From Bryobacteraceae bacterium (GTDB lineage: Bacteria > Acidobacteriota > Terriglobia > Bryobacterales > Bryobacteraceae), in NCBI GenBank assembly GCA_036276155.1, contig DATBEG010000127.1:10939-74938 (forward strand): DNA of 64,000 nucleotides, written 5' to 3'. The translations under genes and the position numbers were made by a program. The notes under the pieces were generated by a model. It was not told the DNA's origin, made no database searches, and saw only the letters and a list, made by a program, of their open reading frames with translations. Each line of letters starts with the position of its first letter. Positions within the stretch are counted from its first letter, which is position 1. This document shows, piece after piece, positions 1-9,794 of the stretch.

Positions 1-1718
1 GCGCCGTCAACGCCGGTGAGCAGGTGACCCTTATGGGTTGGGTGCACCGCCGCCGCGACCTGGGCGGCGTGATCTTCATTCACGTGCGCGATCGTGACGG
101 AATCACGCAACTGGTCTTCGATGAGAGCAAGAATGCGCAGGCTCACCGGCGCGCGCAAGAGTTGAGCTCGGAGTTTGTTATTGCCGCACGCGGTGTGGTC
201 ACGCTGCGATCATCCGAGACCGTGAATTCCAACATCGCGACTGGCGAAGTAGAAGTTGCGGTGGAACAGCTCTGGATTTTGAATGAATCGCGAACGCCGC
301 CGTTTCCGTTGGAAGACAACGTCGACGTGAAAGAGGACGTGCGGTTGAAATACCGCTACGTGGATCTGCGACGGCCGCGCATGCAGCGGAACATCATCAT
401 GCGGTCGAAGACCACGCTTGCCATTCGCCAGGCGCTGTACGCGCAAGGCTTTCTGGAAATAGAGACGCCGTTCATGACACGCTCGACGCCCGAGGGAGCG
501 CGGGACTATCTGGTTCCCAGCCGGGTTCAGCCCGGCAATTTCTATGCGCTGCCACAATCGCCGCAGATCTTCAAACAATTGCTTATGGTGAGCGGCTATG
601 AACGCTATTTCCAGATTGTGCGCTGCTTCCGCGATGAAGATTTGCGCGCGGACCGGCAACCGGAGTTCACGCAGATAGATCTGGAGATGTCGTTCCCGCA
701 GGAAGAGCAAGTCTACGAAGTCATCGAACGCTTGATCCTTGACGTGTGCGCTGCTGCGGGCAAACCGATTGCGGGGCCTATTCCGCGTATGAGCTACGCG
801 GCGGCGATGCGGTCTTACGGCAGCGATAAGCCGGATCTGCGCATTCCGCCGTTCTATTGCGTGGAAGATCTTTTCGCGGGCTCAGGTTTGACAGCGGAAG
901 GAATGCCGCTGGTGGCAATTCATATTCCTGCTATCGGACCGTTGAGCCGGAAGGAACGCGACGAGATCAAAGCGTTCGGGCAGGAGCGAGGGCTGCGCGT
1001 GTTCGACGACGTGAAGCGGGTGGAGCGCGATTATCCGCAACAACTTGCTCAGCTACGCAACCGTGTCAACCCGGTACAAGACGATCTGTTGATTCTGGCC
1101 GGCTGGGCGGGCGAGAAAAAGGGCGAACTGCCGGAGAACACGATGCTGCAGGCGTGCGGGCAACTGCGCATGTTCATTGCGCAAAAGTATAACGACCGGC
1201 ACAAACTGCTCGATCCCGAGGTGCTGCGCTTTCTCTGGGTAGTGGAGTTTCCCATGTTCGAATGGGATGCGGAAGACAATCGCTGGAACGCGGCGCACCA
1301 TCCGTTCACGTCGGTGCTTGACGAAGATCTCGAAAAGCTGACGACGGATCCCGCCCATTGCCGGGCGAGGTCGTACGATTTGGTTCTGAACGGAATCGAG
1401 CTTGGCTCCGGCTCTATTCGTATTCACCGGCGCGACGTGCAGTCCAAAGTGTTTGCGGCGCTGGGATTCAGCGAAGAGGAAGCCAAACGCCGGTTCGGAT
1501 TTCTATTGGAAGCGTTAGAGTTCGGCGCGCCTCCGCACGGTGGAATGGCGCTGGGGCTGGACCGGCTTGTCATGTTACTTGCCGGTGAGCAAAGCATTCG
1601 GGAAGTCATTCCGTTCCCGAAGACGGCCAAAGGAACAGATCTGATGTGTGAAGCGCCGTCTGTTGTGCCCGAGCGGCAACTTCGCGATTTGGGCATCCGG
1701 CTCATCCAGCAGCAGTAA
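1..1718 (+). CDS. aspS: Aspartate--tRNA ligase, 5' partial (continues upstream of window)
   Basis: The frame is open from the window edge (AVNAGEQ precedes the GTG at 24). It has the AspRS OB-fold segment GWVHRRRDLGGVIFIHVRDRDG. Class II motifs FRDEDLRADRQPEFTQIDLEMSF and GGMALGLDRLVMLL are present. Confidence 0.95.
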   Translation, partial: AVNAGEQVTLMGWVHRRRDLGGVIFIHVRDRDGITQLVFDESKNAQAHRRAQELSSEFVIAARGVVTLRSSETVNSNIATGEVEVAVEQLWILNESRTPPFPLEDNVDVKEDVRLKYRYVDLRRPRMQRNIIMRSKTTLAIRQALYAQGFLEIETPFMTRSTPEGARDYLVPSRVQPGNFYALPQSPQIFKQLLMVSGYERYFQIVRCFRDEDLRADRQPEFTQIDLEMSFPQEEQVYEVIERLILDVCAAAGKPIAGPIPRMSYAAAMRSYGSDKPDLRIPPFYCVEDLFAGSGLTAEGMPLVAIHIPAIGPLSRKERDEIKAFGQERGLRVFDDVKRVERDYPQQLAQLRNRVNPVQDDLLILAGWAGEKKGELPENTMLQACGQLRMFIAQKYNDRHKLLDPEVLRFLWVVEFPMFEWDAEDNRWNAAHHPFTSVLDEDLEKLTTDPAHCRARSYDLVLNGIELGSGSIRIHRRDVQSKVFAALGFSEEEAKRRFGFLLEALEFGAPPHGGMALGLDRLVMLLAGEQSIREVIPFPKTAKGTDLMCEAPSVVPERQLRDLGIRLIQQQ

Positions 1719-1726
1719 GCGCTGGA

Positions 1727-2971
1727 ATGTCGACAGCGACGACGGCGACGGCATCTCGGGCGGCGTTTCGCCACAAGCCGTTCCGTTATTACATGCCGGC
1801 GCGGTTTCTGGTCACAATTGCGTCGGAGATGCAGGCCGTCGCGGTGGGATGGCAAATTTACGAACTCACGCGCAGGCCGCTCGATTTAGGATTGGTTGGA
1901 TTGGCTCAGTTTCTGCCGGGTATCTGCCTGTTCCTGGTCGCTGGCCATACGGCGGACCGGTTCCCGCGAATTCGCATCCTGCAGGTTTGCTGGGTGTCTT
2001 TTGCGTTGTGTTCACTGCTGCTATTTGGCTTTACTGTGCATGGCATCTCGTCTCCAATGCCGATCTACTCCGTGATTCTGCTAAACGGGGTTGTGCGGGC
2101 GTTCAACGCGCCCTCGAGCCAAGCTCTTTTGCCGTTGCTGGTGCCCAAAGAGGATTTCCCGAATGCGGTTGCGTGGGGTTCGTCTGTTTTTCAAACGGCT
2201 TTGATTACCGGGCCCATGCTCGGCGGCCTTATCTATGGGCTCACAGGACGACCGACGCTTGTCTTCGCGTGCTCAGCTGTTTCGTATCTCCTCGGGTTTT
2301 TGCTATTGAGACAAGTTCGAGTCGCCGCTAATGTGATTGGGCGTGCGGCTTCGCTCAAACTTGTTCTCGAAGGGCTCTCTTTTATCCGGCATAAGAAGGT
2401 GGTGCTTGGGGCCATTTCGCTCGACCTGTTCGCGGTCCTGCTGGGTGGCGCTGTTGCGCTGTTGCCGGTTTATGCCCGGGAAATTCTGAAAGTTGGCGCT
2501 ACGGGACTGGGCGTGTTGCGCTGTGCCCCCGGGGTCGGGGCCGTGCTGGTGGGGCTCATCATCGCGCATTGGCCGTTGAAGCGGCGAGCCGGCTTGGCCA
2601 TGCTTTCCTGTGTCTTCGCCTTTGGTGTATTCACGGTGGTTTTCGGACTATCGCGCAATCTTTGGGTCTCGCTGATCATGCTGTTTCTGATTGGGGCTTC
2701 AGATTCGATCAGCGTCATTGTGCGGAGCACGATGATTCAGCTTGGAACTCCGGATGAGATGCGCGGACGCGTGAGCGCGGTGAACACGGTTTTCGTTGGT
2801 GCGTCGAATGAAGTTGGGCAGTTTGAATCGGGAATTACGGCTCAGTGGTTCGGGACGGTTCCGGCGGTGGTTCTGGGCGGCATCGGGACTATCGTGATTG
2901 TGCTCGCGTGGTCGCTGTTGTTCCCCGAACTGCGAAAGATGGATAAACTTCTTTCAACCACCACGAGCTAA
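1727..2971 (+). CDS. MFS transporter (ENTS/MFS_3-like)
   Basis: 414 aa and almost entirely hydrophobic helices. The N-terminal FRHKPFRYYMPARFLVTIASEMQAVAVGWQIY pattern is typical of this MFS subfamily. It starts 9 nt after the aspS stop. Confidence 0.8.
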   Translation: MSTATTATASRAAFRHKPFRYYMPARFLVTIASEMQAVAVGWQIYELTRRPLDLGLVGLAQFLPGICLFLVAGHTADRFPRIRILQVCWVSFALCSLLLFGFTVHGISSPMPIYSVILLNGVVRAFNAPSSQALLPLLVPKEDFPNAVAWGSSVFQTALITGPMLGGLIYGLTGRPTLVFACSAVSYLLGFLLLRQVRVAANVIGRAASLKLVLEGLSFIRHKKVVLGAISLDLFAVLLGGAVALLPVYAREILKVGATGLGVLRCAPGVGAVLVGLIIAHWPLKRRAGLAMLSCVFAFGVFTVVFGLSRNLWVSLIMLFLIGASDSISVIVRSTMIQLGTPDEMRGRVSAVNTVFVGASNEVGQFESGITAQWFGTVPAVVLGGIGTIVIVLAWSLLFPELRKMDKLLSTTTS

Positions 2972-3039
2972 GTGTTGCGATGCGATACTGATGCATTCGC
3001 ACAATCGCCTATGCGGACGCGTACAGAACTGATACTGGC

Positions 3040-3543
3040 ATGAGAGCAGCGCTGATTATTAGCGGTGTTCTGTTGCTGTTCGGCCTCGTTGCGGTTTCAG
3101 GCAAGCTGATTGCTGCGCACCAACAGTTGAGCGTGGAAAGCAGCGACATTCAAGCGCGCTGGAATCAACTCGACAGGGATATGAAGGAGCAAGCGAAACT
3201 GGTTCCCGGTTTCGTCGCCAGGCACGCGAATACGCCGGAGGCGGCCGCGGCACAGGAAGCGAGGACTGCGTTGCTTGCAGCTTCGAACAAACAGGACGAG
3301 ATACGAGCCGACATTCGGCTGACCGCTGCAATCGACCGCGCTCTGGAGAAGAATCTCGTGTCGGATCAGAATTTGCAGGATGAACTCGCAGACGTGGAAG
3401 AAAATCTGGGGAATGACCGGGAAAACTACAATGACGCGATCAAGAAATACAACACAGATCTGCAGCTATTTCCGAGAAATGTGATCGCGGCGTTGTTTCA
3501 TTTCCGCCGAGATGATGCGTATTACCCAACGCCGCCAAATTAG
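3040..3543 (+). CDS. LemA family protein
   Basis: 167 aa with an N-terminal TM helix. The C-terminal segment NYNDAIKKYNTDLQLFPRNVIAALFHF matches the conserved LemA signature region. Confidence 0.85.
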   Translation: MRAALIISGVLLLFGLVAVSGKLIAAHQQLSVESSDIQARWNQLDRDMKEQAKLVPGFVARHANTPEAAAAQEARTALLAASNKQDEIRADIRLTAAIDRALEKNLVSDQNLQDELADVEENLGNDRENYNDAIKKYNTDLQLFPRNVIAALFHFRRDDAYYPTPPN

Positions 3544-3576
3544 AGGCAGCCGTGAAGCAAGGAGCGAGGGGGATGA

Positions 3577-4107
3577 TTATTCTTCTTCTGGCGGATCCTG
3601 CAATTCGCGGGCGCGCCGAGAATAGGATCGAAGCACGTCCATGGACGTGCTGCCGCCGAATCCGGCAGTTCTGAGCCGCCTGTAGGCAGCGGCCAACTGC
3701 TTTTCGTCACTCAGGAACTCCGGTAGGTTCTTGCCGCGATACCGGCGTTCGAGGTATTGGCGGGCGAGATCGCGTTCTTCCGTGCCGGCGAACGTTTTTT
3801 CGATGGCTTTTTGAGCAACAGAACCGGCGACTCGCTTGGCGCGGAGCTCACGCATAACCCGCATGCGTCCAAATCCCTGGTTCTGCAGTCGTGCCGCTGC
3901 GAACGCCTCGGAAAATTTCGAATCGTCCGAAAAACCGTACTCGCGCAGCTTGTCAAGTACATTCGTGACAGACTCGGGCGAATCGGCGCGCCTGGAGAGC
4001 TTTTGACGAAGTTCTGCAGATGAGTTTGCGCGTTGTGCGAGGATGCGCAAGGCATATTCCCAGAGACCGTCGGGGTCGAGTTTCCTAGGCGGTCGAGACC
4101 TCTCCAT
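3577..4107 (-). CDS. recX: Recombination regulator RecX
   Basis: 176 aa with repeated three-helix units (ALRILAQRANSSAELRQKLSRR..., VLDKLREYGFSDDSKFSEAFA...) typical of RecX. There is no recA next to it in the window. Confidence 0.8.
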   Translation of the reverse strand: MERSRPPRKLDPDGLWEYALRILAQRANSSAELRQKLSRRADSPESVTNVLDKLREYGFSDDSKFSEAFAAARLQNQGFGRMRVMRELRAKRVAGSVAQKAIEKTFAGTEERDLARQYLERRYRGKNLPEFLSDEKQLAAAYRRLRTAGFGGSTSMDVLRSYSRRARELQDPPEEE

Positions 4108-4216
4108 CTTGCTGAAACCTTTGCTACTTTAGCACGCTCTACAAGTTGTAAACTGCGGGTGAATGAGCGTTTATCGACGATTTCTCACGCGCAAAGCTTA
4201 AAAAAGGAGAAAGCAC

Positions 4217-4585
4217 ATGGAGGAACGTAGCGGGTTCGGATATTTTCTGCTGGGGCTCGGTATCGGCGTGGCAGCCGGTATTCTTTGGGCTCCGAGAGCC
4301 GGGGAGGAGACGCGTCAAATCATCGCCGACAAGGCGGGCGAGGGCGCGGACTATCTGAAGGCGCGCGCTCAGGAAGGTACGGAGTACGTGCGACAGCGCA
4401 CTGACGATCTGAAGCAATCGGCATCGGATCTGTATGACAAGGGCCGGACCACGGTATCGAAGCAGCGCGACACGCTGAACGCTGCAGTGGAGGCGGGGAA
4501 GCAAGCATATCGCGACGCTGTCACAGATGTGAAGAGTACGGCGGCTGGTTCTTCGAGCGGTTCGAATACGGGCTCGGCTGTCTAG
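4217..4585 (+). CDS. YtxH domain-containing protein
   Basis: 122 aa. The N-terminal GYFLLGLGIGVAAGILWAPRAGEETRQ is the YtxH signature, followed by a coiled-coil-like tail. AAGGAGAAAGCAC sits just before the ATG as a ribosome-binding site. Confidence 0.75.
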   Translation: MEERSGFGYFLLGLGIGVAAGILWAPRAGEETRQIIADKAGEGADYLKARAQEGTEYVRQRTDDLKQSASDLYDKGRTTVSKQRDTLNAAVEAGKQAYRDAVTDVKSTAAGSSSGSNTGSAV

Positions 4586-4621
4586 ATTCAGGTTCCAGGT
4601 TTACGTAAGACTGTTTCTACG

Positions 4622-5128
4622 ATGGACGAACACCTGCTTCTGATTGTGCTCACAATTTTTGTGGCAGTTGCGTCGGTGGCGCTGCTAATACAGGCTTGTA
4701 TGCTGATTGGCCTGCTTGTGGTAGCGCGTCGTCTGCAAGAGAAGCTAATGCCGATAATCCCCGAAGTACAAGCTATTTTGGGGACGGTGAAACGCACGAC
4801 GGGGCGTGTTGAGAAGCACATTGAGCAGATCGCGACGACCACGAGCTCGATTCTAGACATGACGAAACAGCAACTCGCCAGAGTGGACGAGTTGCTGGGA
4901 GATGCGACGACCCGAGCCAGAGTTCAGATGGAACGCGCGGAAATGGTAATTGATGACACCATGACGCGCGTTCAATCGACGGTGTCCTATGTGCAATCCG
5001 GCGTGCTTCGTCCCGCTCGCGAATTGCATGGGATATTTGCCGGGATCCGCACCGCGATCGCGCATCTGGGGCGATCGGGGCGGTCGACGGTCGATCACGC
5101 GACCTCAGACGAGGAAATGTTCATTTGA
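4622..5128 (+). CDS. Membrane-anchored coiled-coil protein (DUF948-like), function unknown
   Basis: 168 aa with one N-terminal TM helix and a long helical region. It follows the YtxH gene, an arrangement common for this pair of families. The family assignment comes from general resemblance only. Confidence 0.5.
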   Translation: MDEHLLLIVLTIFVAVASVALLIQACMLIGLLVVARRLQEKLMPIIPEVQAILGTVKRTTGRVEKHIEQIATTTSSILDMTKQQLARVDELLGDATTRARVQMERAEMVIDDTMTRVQSTVSYVQSGVLRPARELHGIFAGIRTAIAHLGRSGRSTVDHATSDEEMFI

Positions 5129-5157
5129 ACGTCTGAGCTGGCGTGTTTGCGCCTTTT

Positions 5158-5256
5158 TTAAGGCAGAATTTTGCGGTTGCGGCGGCGCTTCAAATACACC
5201 AGCAGCAGCGCTGCGCACCCAACCCAGATGAAACCCTGTATCCACATATTTCCCAT
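5158..5256 (-). CDS. Possible 32-aa small membrane protein
   Basis: Not in the ORF track because it is under 60 aa. ATG at 5256, TAA at 5158-5160. Product is MGNMWIQGFIWVGCAALLLVYLKRRRNRKILP (one TM helix plus a basic tail). A purine-rich AAGGAAGGAAAG lies about 10 nt upstream. It lies just downstream of tadC on the same strand. Confidence 0.25.
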   Translation of the reverse strand: MGNMWIQGFIWVGCAALLLVYLKRRRNRKILP

Positions 5257-5360
5257 AACGTTAATTCTTTCCTTCCTTCATTCCGCTCAACTCCGAAGCG
5301 GGACATTTGTCATGCCCGCTTACAACCTACTTATCGTCAGCAGAGCCCCCGGGCGTGAGC

Positions 5361-6293
5361 CTATTGCGAGAACCCGCGCATGGCTGGCAGCAATTTGGTG
5401 AAGATCTGGATTAGGCCGGGGCCGGCGGTGACAATCATGAGGGCCGGCAAGCTGAAGCAGAAGATCGGGAAAACCAGCTTGACGCCGACTTTGCCCGCTT
5501 TCTCTTCCGCTATCTGACGCCGGCGGACGCGCATGAACTCCGATTGAGTACGCAGGGCCTCGGAAACACTGGTTCCGAACCGGTCAGTTTGGACCAGGAT
5601 GCTCACGAGTTTCTTAATTTCCTCTTCCCCCGTGCGGCGGCCGAAATTCCGCAGAGATTCCGCCCTGCTTTTTCCTGCCATGATCTCCATATTTACCTGC
5701 GCGAGCTCAATGCAGACCGCAGGATGAACACTTTCGAGTTCGCGGCTAACGTTGACCATCGCCTGATCTAACCCGCAACCTGCTTCCGAGCAGATGACGA
5801 GCAAGTCCAGGACGTCCGGCAGCGAGAGCCTGATCTGTTCATGTCGCCGCTTGACGAAGTGACTGACGCCCTTTGCCGGGGCGAAAAAGCCAATTCCGCC
5901 CGCGGCTACCGGCAGAATAAGACGCAGCATGCTGTTGTCGCCAACACGATCGCGAAGCAGCAGGGCACAGATGACGAAGACGATTGCGAGAATGATCTTT
6001 ATCGCGTAGTAGATGGGAACTGCCGAACTGGATCGGAAACCGGCGTTGGCCAATTCGCGCTTGGCAACGGAGGCATCCTGTGGCGAGACCGGCAGCAGAT
6101 TGCCGACCGGCTCGAGCAGGCGCGCGAAGGAAAAATCCTGTTTGGGTTTTGTGGATTCGAGCGATCTCGGGATCGTTTCAGAGGTCGTGCGCGCAAGCTG
6201 ATCGAGCATGCGCGAAGGGCGAACATAATATCGATAGCCGAAGACCAAAACCACAAGGGCGATGGCGAGAAAGAGCGATATTGCGATCAGCAT
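5361..6293 (-). CDS. tadC: Tad pilus inner-membrane platform protein TadC (T2SSF family)
   Basis: 310 aa with the T2SSF-type topology (an N-terminal TM helix, a cytoplasmic helical domain, C-terminal TM helices). It is the last gene after cpaF and tadB. Confidence 0.85.
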   Translation of the reverse strand: MLIAISLFLAIALVVLVFGYRYYVRPSRMLDQLARTTSETIPRSLESTKPKQDFSFARLLEPVGNLLPVSPQDASVAKRELANAGFRSSSAVPIYYAIKIILAIVFVICALLLRDRVGDNSMLRLILPVAAGGIGFFAPAKGVSHFVKRRHEQIRLSLPDVLDLLVICSEAGCGLDQAMVNVSRELESVHPAVCIELAQVNMEIMAGKSRAESLRNFGRRTGEEEIKKLVSILVQTDRFGTSVSEALRTQSEFMRVRRRQIAEEKAGKVGVKLVFPIFCFSLPALMIVTAGPGLIQIFTKLLPAMRGFSQ

Positions 6294-6303
6294 AAATGCG
6301 AGT

Positions 6304-7263
6304 TCAGACCTTGAAATTCACGATCTTCTGAATAACGAGCCAGCCGATGACTTGCCCCACTGCAGCTCCATAGACCATGTAGCGGCCGATATCAACTGCC
6401 AGCATGCTGTCGAGATAACCCTTGTTAATAACCAGCATGAAACCGGTGACACCGAGTGGCATGAGCGTCAGCACCAGGGCTGTGATCCGGCCGTGCGCGC
6501 TCGCTGCTTTCACCTGACCCCTCAGGCGAAAACGCTCGCGGATGATATGGGCAAGCTTGGTCAGAATTTCGCCCAGATTGCCGCCTGTCTCCTGCTGCAA
6601 AAGAACGGCCGAGATGAAGAAACGGACGTCGAGAAGCGGCAACATGGTGCCCATCTTCTTAAGAGCGACATCGAGCGAAGATCCGAGTTGCAGATCGTTT
6701 GAGACCTTTCGGAACGCAGAGCCGAGTGGATCCGGTGAATCAGTGGAGAGTATTTCAAGCGCGACAGTGAAGCCATGGCCGGCGCGCAGCGACCGCGAAA
6801 GGAAATCAAGGGCCTCCGGCAACTGATCCTCAAAAGCCTTGAACGTCCGTTTGCGCTTCCACCTCATCATTACGAACGGCAACGCGCCAGCGGCAACACC
6901 GAACAGAAGCGCGCTAAACAGTGGCGCCAGCAGTGCGACCTTGTACCCGGCGAGGCACCCGCCAACGAACAACGCGGCTGAAAGTGTGAGCAGCCGGCTT
7001 GCACCCCCGTTGTTGCCGGCTTGCTGCAACATCAGGTTTAGATCGTCTATAAGATGAAACCGGCTAAGCAGCTTGCTTAGCTTGTCCTCGACTGCGGCGG
7101 GACGCAGCAATTCCGATCGCTGCTCGGCGGGCGTTGCTTCCGCTTTCTGCAGCATGGACCGGATCTGCTGTTTCTGCTTCGAACGGAAGTACGACATGGC
7201 GAGACCGACCGACACCATGATCGCCAGGAAAACGGTGAGGAAGAGGACGACAACAACCACCAT
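6304..7263 (-). CDS. tadB: Tad pilus inner-membrane platform protein TadB (T2SSF family)
   Basis: 319 aa with the same T2SSF architecture. It starts 4 nt after the cpaF stop. Confidence 0.85.
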   Translation of the reverse strand: MVVVVVLFLTVFLAIMVSVGLAMSYFRSKQKQQIRSMLQKAEATPAEQRSELLRPAAVEDKLSKLLSRFHLIDDLNLMLQQAGNNGGASRLLTLSAALFVGGCLAGYKVALLAPLFSALLFGVAAGALPFVMMRWKRKRTFKAFEDQLPEALDFLSRSLRAGHGFTVALEILSTDSPDPLGSAFRKVSNDLQLGSSLDVALKKMGTMLPLLDVRFFISAVLLQQETGGNLGEILTKLAHIIRERFRLRGQVKAASAHGRITALVLTLMPLGVTGFMLVINKGYLDSMLAVDIGRYMVYGAAVGQVIGWLVIQKIVNFKV

Positions 7264-7266
7264 CGC

Positions 7267-8619
7267 TCAGCGCACCTCGACGACGTTCTGGAATACTTGC
7301 GGCGGCAGTTCGATTCCGGCAGCTTTCAGGCGCTCGCTGGCTTTGGGACGCACTCCCGTAGGACGAAAGCGCCCAAGGACGCGTCCATCGCTGCTCATCC
7401 CGGTCCGCTCGAATAAAAAGATGTCCTGGGTGGTGACCAGATCTCCTTCCATGCCGAGGCATTCGGTGACGTAAGTGACCTTGCGCGTTCCGTCCGACAT
7501 GCGCGTGCACTGGATGAAAAGGTCAATGGCGGAGGAGACCTGCTGCCGGATGGAGCGGACGTTCAGGTTCGAACTGGCCATGCCGATCATGACCTCGAGC
7601 CGGCTGATGGCGTCGCGCGGGCTGTTGGCGTGGATGGTTGTGAGCGAACCATCGTGGCCCGTGTTCATCGCCTGCAGCATGTCGAGCGCTTCTTCGCCGC
7701 GAACCTCACCAACGATGATGCGATCGGGCCGCATACGGAGCGCATTGATGAGCAGATGACGCTGCACCACCGCGCCCTTCCCCTCGACGTTGGGCGGCCG
7801 TGTTTCAAGCCGCGCTACGTGCGTCTGGCGAAGTTGCAGTTCCGCGGCGTCCTCGATGGTAACGATGCGCTCATTGGAAGGGATGAATCCCGACAGCATA
7901 TTAAGAAATGTCGTTTTTCCGGCGCCGGTGCCGCCTGAGATGATCACGTTCAGGCGCGCTTTCACGCAGCCTTTCACCAGCTCGAGCATGCCCTCGGTCA
8001 GAGACAGATTTCGAAGCAGGTCGGCTGGTTGCAGCGGATCTTTGCTGAAACGGCGAATGGAAAGAAGTGGGCCGTCGACCGCGAGCGGCGGAATGACTGC
8101 ATTCACACGGGAGCCGTCCGGAAGCCGAGCGTCGACCATCGGCGATGATTCATCGATACGGCGTCCCACCCGGGAGACGACCCGTTCGATGATGCGCATC
8201 AGGTGCGCGTCATCCTTAAACTCAATATTGGTTTGTTCCAGCTTGCCGTGACGCTCGACATAGATCAGACGCGGCGTTGTCACTAAAATGTCGGAGACCG
8301 TATTATCACGCAGCAGCGGTTCAATCGGCCCCAAACCAAACACTTCATCGAGAACTTCCTCAATGAGCCGGTCTTTTTCGGCCATGCTGAGAGGAGTCTT
8401 CTCTTCATTGACGAGCTTGGCAATCGAAGGGCGAATTTCCTGCCGGACTTTGTCACCCGGCATAGCGTAAACAGCTTCGAGGTTGATGCGATCGAGCAGC
8501 TTGCGGTGGATCGAAAACTTTAGCTCCTGATACTGGAAAGCTGAAGGATCGCGAGTGGAAGCGCCCGGTCGGGGTGATTCCTGGCGCGTGTCGGGGCGTG
8601 TTGTCTCTGCGGTTAACAT
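7267..8619 (-). CDS. cpaF: Tad pilus secretion ATPase CpaF/TadA
   Basis: 450 aa. Walker A is [14 protein letters not shown]. The VirB11/CpaF-type motifs [28 protein letters not shown] and [14 protein letters not shown] are present. Confidence 0.95.
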   Translation of the reverse strand: MLTAETTRPDTRQESPRPGASTRDPSAFQYQELKFSIHRKLLDRINLEAVYAMPGDKVRQEIRPSIAKLVNEEKTPLSMAEKDRLIEEVLDEVFGLGPIEPLLRDNTVSDILVTTPRLIYVERHGKLEQTNIEFKDDAHLMRIIERVVSRVGRRIDESSPMVDARLPDGSRVNAVIPPLAVDGPLLSIRRFSKDPLQPADLLRNLSLTEGMLELVKGCVKARLNVIISGGTGAGKTTFLNMLSGFIPSNERIVTIEDAAELQLRQTHVARLETRPPNVEGKGAVVQRHLLINALRMRPDRIIVGEVRGEEALDMLQAMNTGHDGSLTTIHANSPRDAISRLEVMIGMASSNLNVRSIRQQVSSAIDLFIQCTRMSDGTRKVTYVTECLGMEGDLVTTQDIFLFERTGMSSDGRVLGRFRPTGVRPKASERLKAAGIELPPQVFQNVVEVR

Positions 8620-8639
8620 TTCTTCGTTCCTAACGAGTC

Positions 8640-9785
8640 CTAACCAAACAACCCAAACTTCTTCTTGTTCTTGACCGGAGTAACGCCGGAGATTTTGGAA
8701 GCCAAAGTTGTAAACTCCTGGCCCAAGCGCGAATTCGATTCGAGCAGATTGCCGCTCGAGTACGACTGATACAGGCCCATATAGTCGTTTGGCAGAGCGG
8801 CATACAGCGAACGGCCCAGGATCTTTTCCAGCTCCTGAACGCTGATGTCCATCATCTTGGGCGTTCGATTCAGCAGTAATTGCAGCTTCTCTCCGTGCTC
8901 AAATAACCCGTGGACGATCGCCTTGAGGCCATGCAAGGCGACCACCTCGAGCGTCGAAACGAGAAACAGTTGGTCGATTTCTTCCAGTAAGGCAGTTGCG
9001 ATCGAATTCAAGCTGCGACCAAGATCAAGAACAACCCAGTCGTGCTGGGTACGCATAAACTGAAGAACCTGTTGCAGCCTGTTTTCATCGGGATGGTCCC
9101 TGTGCGTGTAACTAGCCGGGGCGGGCATAACCGCGAGGCCGGGCCGGCGCTCCACAATCAGCGCCTTCCAAAGGCTGTGATCGAGACGCGACAAATTCTT
9201 GATCGCATCCAGAACGGAATAAGAACTCGGGGTCTTCATGAGAAAACCCAGCATTCCGGATGTCAGGTCGAAATCGGCGAGAAGTACGTTCTTTTGCGTC
9301 ACCTGCTGAAGCTCGGAAGCCACGTGACAGGCAAGAGTGGTCGCGCCGCATCCGCCCTTTGCCGATAGAAATCCAATGACTTTGCCTCGGATTGGCACTG
9401 TGCCTTCCGTATTGGGCTCGGCCACCATGTGCTCTAGCGCGGGTTCGAGCATCTCCCCTAACGGCATGTGGAGAAACTCACTCGCGCCCGCACGCATAGC
9501 CGACAGAATAATCTGCGGATCTGCGATAGTGTGCAGTGCGACGACGCGCAGTCGCGGGGCGTGGTACCGGAGCTGCCGGATGGCGATGTTAAGTTCGGAC
9601 GGAACTGCCGAGAGATCAAGGAGGAGGATTTCCGGCTTGCTCTTAGATATGTGATCGAGCAGGCTGTTCCAGTCTCCCTTGTGCTGCTCAAACAGCAGTG
9701 GCGTTCGAAAGGATTTTAGACTGTGGAGGACGTCCCGCTCGAGTTCTTCGTCCTTGATCTGAATCAACAAATTCGCGAATGGCAT
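8640..9785 (-). CDS. cpaE: CpaE/TadZ-like pilus localisation protein (receiver-like N-domain plus ParA/MinD ATPase)
   Basis: 381 aa. The N-terminal receiver-like region contains PEILLLDLS. The deviant Walker [17 protein letters not shown] is of ParA/MinD type. It sits between cpaC and cpaF. Confidence 0.8.
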   Translation of the reverse strand: MPFANLLIQIKDEELERDVLHSLKSFRTPLLFEQHKGDWNSLLDHISKSKPEILLLDLSAVPSELNIAIRQLRYHAPRLRVVALHTIADPQIILSAMRAGASEFLHMPLGEMLEPALEHMVAEPNTEGTVPIRGKVIGFLSAKGGCGATTLACHVASELQQVTQKNVLLADFDLTSGMLGFLMKTPSSYSVLDAIKNLSRLDHSLWKALIVERRPGLAVMPAPASYTHRDHPDENRLQQVLQFMRTQHDWVVLDLGRSLNSIATALLEEIDQLFLVSTLEVVALHGLKAIVHGLFEHGEKLQLLLNRTPKMMDISVQELEKILGRSLYAALPNDYMGLYQSYSSGNLLESNSRLGQEFTTLASKISGVTPVKNKKKFGLFG

Positions 9786-9794
9786 GACACGCGC

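Noticed and set aside
1648-2331. 227-aa plus-strand ORF overlapping the end of aspS and the start of the MFS gene in another frame
   Set aside because: It overlaps two well-supported genes. Its product is Gly/Arg/Ala-rich with no motif.
5129-5160. GGCG-TGTTTG-CGCC followed by TTTTTT after the gene ending at 5128, as an intrinsic terminator
   Set aside because: The stem is only 4 bp and therefore marginal. It also overlaps the stop region of the candidate small ORF on the other strand. I do not call it as a feature.
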